DNA of 64,000 nucleotides from Kudoa neothunni (taxonomy: Eukaryota; Animalia; Cnidaria): the NCBI GenBank assembly GCA_964304625.1, contig OZ199838.1, positions 13,959,118 to 14,023,117 of the forward strand, in the 5' to 3' direction. The notes under the pieces are model-generated. The model was not told where the DNA came from and did not search any database. It saw nothing but the letters and a program-made list of their open reading frames with translations. The position numbers were made by a program, and so were the translations under genes. Positions 26,610-37,800 of the stretch are shown in pieces (positions within the stretch are counted from its first letter, which is position 1; each line of letters opens with the position of its first letter).

Positions 26610-28402
26610 GTGACCAGTCGTTCGTAATCCTATTGGGAGCAAGAAAAAATAACGAACCACAAGTGTTGTACGCGTGGTTCGTAATTTCTAAGACTGCGCG
26701 CGCTATATTAGAGAGGGAAAACCGCTATTAATCAACTATAATGATGAATTATTTCGAGCAAATTAATCAGTTGTAATAATATTTTTAAGTTTTCTGACAA
26801 TTATATTGTGTAATTCTCGTTCAATATTCGTTTTATTTTTGTAACTATTTAAACCATGAATTTGAAGTAATGTCTTAAATCGGACCGATGAGAGAGATAT
26901 TTTTGACTGGAACAGTTTTTCATTCAGTATCGTCAAATTTATTAAATTTGTCATATCTGTGACAATTACCATATATTATAAGATCACTAATATTGACGTC
27001 ATTTTCAATATAATTTCCGCTAAATGCCTTCGCTGGTTTTGGAAAAACTTTATTATTTCATATTTCTCGTTTAATGTCCCAATTCAATTTTTATGTCTGC
27101 CCTCCATTTCGCCATCCATCGAAAGCCACAATATCAGTTCACCTGAAAAGTTACGAACCACACATCACTACAAAGTAATCTATAAAAAACACATTTAATT
27201 AATCCTTTATATATATAAAAGAGGACTGTCGGTGTTTGTGTGTGTGTGTGTATGTCCCGAAGTACGCATGTGCGGATAATTTTTTCCTTATAGAGAACCA
27301 TATATAAAATTTTTATAAATTTGCGATATTTAAAAAAATCGTTTAATTGTTTTTTGACTACGAAAGTTTCCAAGAAGTATTTATGAAATAGTGATTTTGT
27401 CGATTTAAAGTTTGTTTTTCGGGTTAAATGAGTTCAACGATAGGATTAGCACTTGCTTATTTCATGGTTATGGTCGGTTGAAGTTAACTATCTCCCTTAT
27501 ATGCTCTTTCATATGTTCATTAACTGCTTCTATCTATCTTTATATATAAGGTTGGCGTTTCTATTTGGGTGTCTGTTTAAACACACTCCTTATTTGCGGA
27601 GTTTTAACGTATATGACTTGATAAGTATATTTTATAAGTTCTATTAATGGTTTTCAATGTGGTAAAAAATCTATATATGTTTCATAAATAACGAATTCAT
27701 GGAGAACGTTAAAGTTACGTTGTTTGAAGCGTTATAATGGAAATACTGCGTTCATAGGTTTCATTAAATTGTCCGCTAAGTTTTACTTTATGTGATTAAA
27801 TTCAATGCGGATGGTTGTACTTTTATTTCACCAAATTTTTTAAATTGTTTATGTTGAAATCGACGCAATTTGTGGTTGTTTATGATAAAAGCGCATGTAT
27901 GTTTATGCCGAGTTAAACAATGCCAATTTTAACAATATCGATTAATTTTCGTAAGTTTTCTTCTATCTCTTTTATTTTTTCTATTTTTTTATCTCTTAAA
28001 AAGTTAGTGGTGCACCCAGTTACCGAGCCACGAAATTTTTAAATGGACGCCGGGATTGATACTTTCCTTCACAGAAATTATAATAATTTAAATTACATAA
28101 TCCAAATCGTTATAGTAAGTTGATTAAAATTTTTTAGTTATTTTGTTTCTATGGGTTGATTCGAGATTTCAATATATTTTTTGAATGCTATTAAAAAATG
28201 CCTCTAGGTGAAATCTTCCCCAAGCAACGCTGGGTAGTTCCAGCTAGTTTAAAAATATTTTAATTATATCCTTAATGATCAAATGATTGTTTTAGCTAGT
28301 TTGAGAAATAAATAACATATTATAATCTTATAGGTACGTTAATTTTGTAATATTTCCTCAAATTATGAATTACACCTCATTACAAACCACATGTCACCCA
28401 CT
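26610..28402. mobile_element. CAC-terminal TIR DNA transposon remnant (Transib/Chapaev/EnSpm-like), interrupted by a Helitron
   Basis: Left gtgaccagtcgttcgtaat; right end reverse complement gaagtgggtgacatgtggtttgtaat; 26665-26835 is similar to 60225-60385. Confidence 0.5.
27203..28247 (+). mobile_element. Non-autonomous Helitron
   Basis: A|TC start followed by (TA)n-AAAA and a (TG)n tract; 3' hairpin cccaagcaacgctggg then CTAG|T at 28244-28248; no TSD. Confidence 0.75.
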
Positions 28403-28957
28403 TCATATCATATTTGTGATTCGGTAATCCCCATGGTGGGGTATTAGTGTTACCAGCGGTAGACAAACGATTAGCTTAGCCGCTAATATCGATAATGTTA
28501 TAGGATTAATTGGGGCGGATATCAAATGTGATCCGAACTACTAAATTCAAAATTAGTCTCTTCAAGTTGGGACTCGTATTCAGTGGATTCAGGATCCATC
28601 GTGTCACGTGTACGACTATAATTGACAATATCCATATATTTATTAGTGTTGGTTAAAAAATTTTCTAAGTTTTCTATAATAATAAATGAACTTGTATTAT
28701 ATATAATAGCCATTTAAAAATAATGCAATGGTTTTCTCAAAATGACCCCAGCGCGAGGAACGTGGTTTGTTTAGGGTGTGTATGAGAGTTAATCGACAGA
28801 CGTTATAAATGCATAAGAATGTGCATTTTACTATGGCTACTTGGAAATTATAGTGCGCCATTTGATTACACAAAGTAACTAGCAAATAAGTATACAATAT
28901 CTTATCATGAGTAGCATGTAGTTAATTAAAGAATTTGTCAGTTACCAGCCGTAGCCG

Positions 28958-30747
28958 TTATTTTTTAAATTTAGTGATGTACAATACGGCGAACGCGATA
29001 ATGATGATCAATAGGATAATAATAATCACCACTGCAACGGTGATGCTTTTCTTTTTCATAGCTTTATCCATCGCTGTTTTAATGTCTCTTGAGTGTTGAA
29101 GCATTTTTCCTAGATGCCATGTTCTTAAAGCCGGCTAAAAACATTTTTCTGTTATCAGAGAATGAAAAAATTAATACATAATGGTATCATTACAATAATA
29201 GAGGTATATTTCCAATCGTGGGTAAAATATTTATAGATGAAGAGCGAATAAACTTCTTGAAAGCAATGAGTAGTTATAGTGTCAGCATTACCCTAACATA
29301 AATGGAAATGAAATATTGATAAATAAGTATATTTTGATTTCTCACTGATTGCATTGATAGACATGTATTTTCGATTTTATCAGCCAACTCAGAAACGGCT
29401 TTTGCGTTGTACTTCTGCAGTAGATATGTAAATGGAGTTCCAAGCTAGTTTTTGTGAATAGATGCTAGTTTTTACTAAATACCAACAAATATAAATATCT
29501 ACATTGAAATGGGTTTCCTTGTTTTCAGGTAAGAAAATATTTATATTATTCGCATGAAAGGGACAAGGATGCTCCTTTGGAAATTCAGCACAAAACACCT
29601 TTTGTAGCTGTTGGTAGCAGGAAAAACTTTGGGCTTTTCCCACTAAAGTTACTTTTTCTGGGAAATTATCATCAAACATATCCTTGTTGCAATCATTTTT
29701 CATAGTTTTTAAGTTGTACGGAGTATTTTTTAAGGGATGACATACGCTATCAAAGTTAGTTATTTTGTTAGCACTCATTTGTTCCTAACCAAGAAAAATA
29801 AAATAACATTTTTTGTTCATTTAATACCTTGACTATGTAATAAACATATTTTTTTTCCATCTCAGCGTTTCCAAAACATTCGAGTTGTACAGCAAGCATT
29901 TCGAATGTGTTCATAAAAGCTTCAACAGTGGTACTGCTAAATATTTTTTTTTCTTTCATCTTATCTTGCATCGGATGAATAAAGTGTAGCAAGTATGGTC
30001 CCACCGATATAGTCGATTTGAGACTAACAATGTCCTAGTAGATGAAGCTTAGTTATCACAAACAGAACATGTTATAATTTCACTCAACCTCTGCCATATC
30101 GGTGTATTCTGCAGCAAGTGACAAAAATGTTATTTCTTCGTTTGGTTTCAATGGTTGATAAAAGTTTTTGGTACCGCGACCATAATTTTTTGATTTTAAA
30201 ACTTTTTCAAACTCCTCCATTACAGAAACTAATTTTTCATCGTCGTTCTTTCTAAACTGTACTCTAAAAATAAAATACAACGAAATAACACCAACCTTAA
30301 AAGATTAAGGTAATCAGTTCCTGTTAACACTGGATATATTTTTGTAGAATCAATATCAGCTAATTCTCCTGTTTTAAACTTGTCGAGGCAATCATTAAAT
30401 TCTTTAATGATTTCCTCCTGGTCGTCCGGCAAATGAATCTTGACTATTTTGAAGATTTTAAATTTAAAAGCAGAGCTCTAAAATCAGGAATCTTACGGTC
30501 ACAATGTTTTTCTTCCACCGGTTTAAGAGGAAACTGTTCAAGATCTTGTTTGATTTCCATTTTATAAACCCTCACCTGAGTTTTGTCTTCTTCAAAATCA
30601 AATATCATCCCAAACTAAAAAAACCAACTCAAAAGTTAGGCTAAACACTTTTTAATCTACTATATGCTTTTCGCAAGGTGTAACAGGTCTATCAACAAAC
30701 ACCAAGATCGAAACAAGAAAAATTGTCTTGGACAACTGAAAAGTCAT
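28958..30747 (-). CDS. CD39/NTPDase (GDA1_CD39)-like membrane protein with degenerate catalytic motifs; multi-exon
   Basis: N-terminal hydrophobic segment; colinear ACR-equivalent segments FGMIFDFEEDKTQVRVY, IYPVLTGTDYLNLLR, KPNEEITFLSLAAEY, STISVGPYLLHF, TWHLGKML; LECFG, CHP, CPF, HCFQEVY; C-terminal TM VAVVIIIILLIIIIAFAVLYI. Confidence 0.78.
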
Positions 30748-31843
30748 GATATTTATTTCTCTCGACTTATACCTTAGTTATTGGGTTAAAAACTTATTAC
30801 AGATTTAGCCTTATTTGTTTCTAATAGATTCTGGTTTGAATATTGACGCAAACTTATTTTTCAGCATTAAACTCAATGAATCTAGCTATATATTAGTTGT
30901 TCTTAGAATTAGAATTTTTCAGAATTTTGGTTGGACTTGGAGGAATGATTTCGACATTTTTTCAACCGAATTCGAACCTCCTATATACTTTTATGTAATA
31001 CTATTTACCTTAGGGTCCAATTATTATAGTTAATCCTCTTATAAATGTTTACAAGAAAAGGAGCATCCACATTTAATCTGAAATCTATCCGGGCTTTTTA
31101 TACTTTGTACTGCATATTCAAATTTTTAAAATTAAACGGAGACGATAGGATATCAAATTCCATCACATATTACATTCTTTTCATTATAATTCCAATCACA
31201 CATTTTTCATATCCGAATGTATGTGGAAAACAATTCAAAATCTCCCCTTATAAATCTCGATGTTAACTTCAATTTATGAAAAATCAGTAAAAACAAAATA
31301 TCTTGTATCAATTATGAAAAATAATTGAGTTGTTTTTTATTTTGTAGTTGTCAGAAAGAAACAATAAAATTATTAATACTTTTAAAAAATAACACAAGCT
31401 GGAAAACCTACAATTTATAGTTGCAAAGTATTATTATTATTAAATCGTTCTATAATTAAAATAGTTTATTTGATGGTTATTATTTTATTTTCCTCATTTT
31501 TGTTGTTGTTATAATTCTTCTAGATTATCCTTATTTATGTTTAACTTTAAACAATTATGATATGAAACCGACTATATAATAGATGACAGATAATTCACAA
31601 TTTCAGAAATCTTGCCTAAAATAACTTATCAAATTTTTAGTTTTCATAATCTCGTTGAATTATTGTTTATAAATGTCAAATTCATATAATTAAAATGCGT
31701 ATGTTATTTAGGAGCTCCATTTTGTGGCAAATAATCTCATATATTATTTTTTGTTGTTTCTGAAAGCTTTTAACCTTCCGAGCGATTTTGGGTTCTATTA
31801 AACCCCGGAGCTTATTGGAATGATATTTTAATGCACTTCCTGG

Positions 31844-33108
31844 TACAATGGGTGATGGGGGTAATACGCAATACGGCTAATACGTATTTTTGTCTTTTCG
31901 TATAGAATTTACTACTTGTTGAACACATTACTTAAGTTGACGTTTATAAAATTAATTTAGTTGAGTTTGTACAACTAAAAAATAATTTCTAGACAAAAAA
32001 TCAATAAAATATTGTAATTTAAACGCATTTCTGTGTAATACGCATCATTTTCACCGAAATTGACTTTAAAATCGTACTCAGGTGCTATTTGATTTGTATG
32101 TATGGTTGACATAAATCTTCATAATATGCTTATAATAAATAAAAAATACAAAGAAATAAAATATTTGGTGTTAATATAACAAACTTAAAGCCACACCATT
32201 AAAAATTATGTTGTTATATTCATATTGATTTTAAATAATAACCTATCCATGAAATTACAAATTATGGAGTTATATGAGAATGGAACTGTAAATATTAAAC
32301 AACTGAACAAACGACGAATCTGACGAAAAATCTGCGAAAGGATTACTTGAATAAGGTAAAATATTTCAGAGTTATTCATCATAGGAAATTATTTGTAAAC
32401 GTAATGAAATTGTGAGGGAAATTATGTAAAATATCTATGTTAGCTATAGTTGGTTTTAAAGAACAGTTTAATCTGCGTAGGCTAAACGTTTATAATGATC
32501 CGAAAATCGTTGGTGTATGTACGCTTAAAAATAACTCTGAAGATTTATAAACTCGAGATGAGGTTGAAATTTAACTAAGACAAATCATGATTCAATTTTG
32601 TTGAAATTTTCTGTACAGGAAATATTAAAAGTAGAGAAAGAAGTCTTTTTGGTTGAACAGGACGATTTTCAACTACTTAAAACATTATCGAAGTATCACT
32701 TAAAAAATATTACGTATCGAAACAAAGATGATGAAAAAATAATTAAATTTTCCAGTTATCCAAGAGACATTAGTCCATCGTATTTGGAACCAGTTGATTA
32801 ATAAATGTCTAAATCACAAAAATCATTTAAATATCTCAGATGTATAAAGGGATTTAAAACAATGGTTCTATTTATTTCTAAAAGTACACTTAAAACTTAG
32901 AAAATTTTGATAAAGTATACATGGAGTGCAACAAACAAGTTAAATTAATAGATATTCTCTAAAGTAAATTATTACAATAATAATTAAAAAATAATTTAAT
33001 TTTAATACACGCATGCGCTCCAAATTTGCGAATTAGCCAGCAATGATGGGTAATTCGCACTTTTTCTCCCGCACCGAAGGGATTATGCATTACCCGTCAC
33101 CCACTATA
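31844..33108. mobile_element. CAC-terminal TIR element (same terminal family as 26610 and 60208)
   Basis: Left tacaatgggtgatgggggtaat; right reverse complement tatagtgggtgacgggtaat; tgg flanks both ends. Confidence 0.55.
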
Positions 33109-33299
33109 TGGAGAACGTTAGATATACCGTCTATTCTTCCAAAAATACTACTTTTGTACAATGCTTAATTAAATTTAAAAACAAATAATTTTTATACATT
33201 TATTGTAACTTTATATTGAACTGAATTTGCGCTGGCACACAAACACACAATTTAAATCACGGCCAATAAATAAATAACGAATATTTTCATTTTAACCTT

Positions 33300-34020
33300 G
33301 TTGGCTAGCAGCCAACAACACTCCCTAGGCGGAAGTTCAAAAAAACTAAGATTTCTTATGGATCTTCTCACACATTTTCTGTCTGCAAGCTTTACTTTCT
33401 GGGATGTCACATTACTTTCAGAATTTTCATATATTTCGACAATTGTTCCGATCTACCAACTGTTTGTCTTGGTAGGTTCCATCACATGAACAACATCGCC
33501 AATTTGAGGTATTGAGTTTCTTTTTAATTTGGCTTGAGGATGATCCATTTGATAACGTTGTCGGAGATTCAAGACATATTGATTTTCCCAGTGTTTCCAA
33601 CAGTTTTCAAGAATCCGCTTTCCCATTCTCCACAATCCAATAATAGCTTTACTGGAGTTCATCCCATTCACTTCATAATAAGCGTCGATGTTGGACTCTC
33701 CAGCTTCATTCCGAGAAAGGTATTGTTTGTTAAAACATAAGAAATCATTTGGACAAATAACCTTAGTGATTACTTCGCTTGTTACATAGGTTAATGGTCT
33801 AGAGTTGATCATGAATTCTATTTCAATGAGCAATGTGTTAAATCGATTAAATAAATATTTTCTTGAGCCAAGAGTTTTTTGAAGGAACCTTTTCACCAAC
33901 TGAATCATTCTTTCGTAAAAACCTCCCACCCAAAGTGCGAACTCAGCGATAAATTTCCATGAAATATTTCTTTTCTCACAGTACGAATGAAGAATTGATG
34001 GTTGTAGCTCACCGTTTCTC
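33300..34020 (-). pseudogene. BEL/Pao LTR retrotransposon integrase C-terminal fragment
   Basis: WKFIAE..WVGGFYERMIQLVKRFL, EIEFMINSRPLTY, PNDFL, WKHWENQYVLNLR, PQIGDVV. Confidence 0.85.
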
Positions 34021-34027
34021 GATAAGT

Positions 34028-36369
34028 TTAACCCATAGCGGTTTTTCGTCCTCTTTTCGGCACCGTCTTCACACCTCTCTATAACTTACAATAATTTGTT
34101 TAATAATGTAATTCTAGTGTATATGATTCACACTCATAATTTCTATATAATACGAAAATATTAATTAAATATATTTTACATTGCGCCAGATACCGTTCTA
34201 TATTACCCTTGTAATGTGACGCCATACAAATAGAACAGGAATTCCACTTGACTGTTATTTTAAAATATTACATTTTCAGTATATAATAATGCATGAACAA
34301 AAGTTTAATATAAGTGAAAATAAAACAAAAGGTATATGAGTGCTACAAATAGTTATCAAAATAAAAAGGTACCGGAAAGGGCACGACAAACCACCGACGT
34401 GCGATTTCTCAATAAATTTTATGTTGATCTCGCAATAAAAGTTTCAAGATGAGGTACAGGAACTTAGTTGATGCTATCGAAAATATTGATATCTTACCAA
34501 ATACAATTGATTTTGTTGTCATAGTTCAAATCTTATCGATACATTGACTGATGAAGAGTAAGAACTCGTCCATAGAGACTACGACAACATTGATATTGGA
34601 GCTGTTCTCGATATATGTGGCGAAGTAAAAATCTTCGTTGACTTCGAAAATGACGGAAATATCGCAAATGTCAGAGCATTATGGTATAAAATCACTCCCT
34701 GTTTCATTCATTCACGAACGCAATAAATGAACACATGATAACCCATAATGTAGACAACGTCTATAATGAATAATCAGACATGTATGAGTAGTATGAAAAT
34801 TATCTTGAATTTTTTGACGAAAATTTGTTGTAACATCGCTAAAGAAACAAATTTGTTCGCTAAACAAAAAAACAACCATAAATTTCAGTTGACGATAAAG
34901 GAATTCGAATGTTTCGTCGGAATTTAATTATTAGGGGGATATAATAAATTATCCTAGAAACGTGCACATTGGGAATCTACTATGGACGCTGGCGTTGAAC
35001 TTGTGAAAAAATCAATGTCATACAGTAGATTCAATTTTAAAAAAATATCTACATTTTAATAACAATTCAAAGTTGGTTAAAAATGATATACTTTCCAACG
35101 TAAGGTCATTGCTGGAAAAAATGACTAGAAATCTTAACAAATTTGCTACTTTTCCAATAACTTTGCAAATGACAAATTAATGATACCATTCACCGGCCAT
35201 CACATCTGCAAAACGTACACGTAAGGGAAACTGGTTCGTTTTGGCTTAAACAAATGAGTTTTAGCATCTTTTAATGGTTATATTTACAGCTTTAATGTGT
35301 ACTCCGGTAGGTTAGAATCGTATTGCAAGTGTTTTGGTTTAGATGGTAGTATCGTGTTAAAATTAATCAAAGAACTTGATGAAAGAAGTGATGTTCATGT
35401 TTTTTGGGATAATTTTTTCATCTCACAAATTAATGGCTAAAATGAAGAAGAGAGATGTAAATGCCATGGGAACAGTGAGATTAAAGCGGACATTTAAATG
35501 CCCATCGATAGATCCTAATATAATGGAAAAGAAACCTAGAGGTTTTTATGAGACCCACAAAGATTTCTCAACCGAGATAAGTGATGTTTATTGGAACGAT
35601 CGTGACTAATTGACTTTCTCAGAAATATGCTTTCTGTTGAGCCGGCTCAACATTCAAAACGTTATTGTTAAATCAGAAAGTGGTATGTGACGATAGACCA
35701 GGCATACATCTCATATATGTATAACAAGCATATGGGAGGAATTGACATCACGGACAATAATATATCCGGTTACAGAGTGAAAATTCGTTCCAAAAAATAG
35801 TAATGATCCTTGTTTACGAATATTATCTCAATCGCAGCGGTCAATTCCTGAAATGGTTAAATTATAAGAATAAATGCAACATAAAACTATTGACCCATAT
35901 TAGGCGTATTGTGGCCAATATGATCCGAACCGACCGCATTGAAAAAATTATTAGAAGATCATCACTAGAAAATATTCATGCTGCTTTGTTGTATGATTGC
36001 CTAACCATGAGCGCCGACACATTGAAAAGACACAAATGCGCCATTTGTATAAAACATTATCTATTTGTGTCTAATGTACAAAAACTATATGCATATCAAA
36101 ATCTCAAAGATTTATCATAGGCCATAATATTTTGTCGTATTATTTATATATTATTGTATTTTTCCTTGTTGCAAATGCCCCGGCGCTAAAATAGAGAAAT
36201 GCACGTCGATCGTTTATCGTGCCCTTTTCTGCACTTTTGTATTTTGAATTATTTTCTAACTTCGCAAATGATTCTAGAAGAAATATTTCACGCATTATCA
36301 TTAATAATTATGCTCTGTTTGCAGTTTAAATTTTTTAAAGATTTAAATATGAAAACCGCTACGGGTTAA
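34028..36369 (+). mobile_element. Third PGBD2/3-like piggyBac (divergent subfamily), decayed transposase
   Basis: TTAA 34028-34031 and 36366-36369; TIR CCC(A/G)TAGCGGTTTT; internal inverted repeat ~34371-34410 / ~36194-36234; PFTGHHICK, AMGTVRLKR, YNKHMGGID. Confidence 0.88.
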
Positions 36370-36706
36370 CGTGTGTATCGATAGCTTATGAATAACTAAT
36401 TAAATATTTGAAAATTCTATTGTTGATTAAAGATTTCAATAATAATAATAATAATAAATACCGAAGGTTTGTTATGTACCGTGGAAAAGTTGTATAGAAC
36501 AGGAAAATAATAATGAGAGAAGGGAGGATGTTACAAGTATTCATTTAAATTTCAAACCAATACTTTTGGCAGATTTTTAGAATTAACTTATATTAATCAA
36601 AGACGTGTAATAAAAGTACAGGGAATAAGAATAAAAATCATAATTAAACGATCATTGTTTTAATCCCACGACATTCTCCGACTTTTAAACTTATCTAGGT
36701 AGTTTA

Positions 36707-36999
36707 ATGTCGTTTGTGGCTAAACGTGCTCTTAGAGTTATTCCAAGGGGCTATGTTGGAAACTTTTTGAGTAAAAGATCATATTCGTTGCGAAGGGGAT
36801 ATCGTAACAAAGAGGCATATGGGGGAACTGTGGATTCATTCTACGAAAAGGTTAGCACAGGAATGCATTTTGGATTTCTCGTCCCTCTCTTCGTCCCAGT
36901 TGTTATGTATAAAGCTTTTTTATATAAGCTTTTCTAAATCCGTATAGGTTGTACGAAACAATACCATACTGGAAAAGTTTGGCTAGCAGCGAAGATTAA
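36707..36999 (+). CDS. Small mitochondrial membrane protein, probably cytochrome c oxidase subunit 8 (COX8-like); 2 exons
   Basis: Arg/Ser-rich, acid-free N-terminus (targeting peptide); 41-bp intron 36907-36947 gives ...SFYEKVSTGMHFGFLVPLFVPVVMLYETIPYWKSLASSED*, resembling the invertebrate COX8 pattern S..EKV..G....LF.P..VL..I..YK. Confidence 0.6.
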
Positions 37000-37751
37000 A
37001 ATCTAACTACTGCTTAATTTTTGATAAAATTTGCTGTTTTTGAATTTTTTAACTTTGCCATATCTATGCGACATGCTCAATTAATCTTTATATTAGTTAT
37101 ATTGTTTTATTATTTATGAAGGGGGTTATTCTTATGTGTCCTTGTGATCTTCCTATTGAAGACATACTTTTGCGTTTCCAATTGTAGGAATAAATGCTCT
37201 GTTTTGAAGTTTCTTGTTGTAATTGTGTATATCTATAATTATCTCAAAAATTTTTTAATTGATTTCTTTTTGCAATGTATAAATTTCCGTTTTTCGTTAA
37301 AATTACTAATTCCAGGTTTATCAGGTTTGAATTAATAACGGCGAATCGGTGAAATACAACGCAATGTAATATATTAATGCATTTTTTTCTCAAGAGGTTT
37401 TTTAGAGAAATTTACGAATGTACACTTTTGCATAAACAGTTGTATATCGGTTTCGCGGACTAATGACTCCTTTCAAATATTAATGGACTCATTAGAGATG
37501 TTAAAATATTAGATATTTATTGTATTGGATATCAAACTTACCAAAAATATGAATTTTCTCATTTCTTTTACGATTAAGACTAGGGCGTTTATTGTGAAAT
37601 ACCATAATAAATGTGACAAAATTTGGTATTCTCATATGCTTGTTAAACTTTATGATTATCTAACTTGGGCGCAATTACGTAATGGGACACTCCTCAATAA
37701 ATTACTAACTATTGTCATTATCTTCTTCAGCTGGTACCGGATAATTAAAAC

Positions 37752-37800
37752 CAGCTGTTCATAACCTGGGGTCCGTGGACGAATCCAAGGGATCTGTGAG
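37752..37800. repeat. hAT-type terminal fragment related to the 54515 element
   Basis: cagctgttcataacctggggtccgtggac...aagggatctgtg resembles 54515-54580. Confidence 0.4.

Noticed and set aside
29768-29830. Apparent frameshift between ORFs 29768-30004 and 29389-29778
   Set aside because: Explained by a short GT-AG intron (gtattaaa...ggttag), so it is not evidence of pseudogenisation
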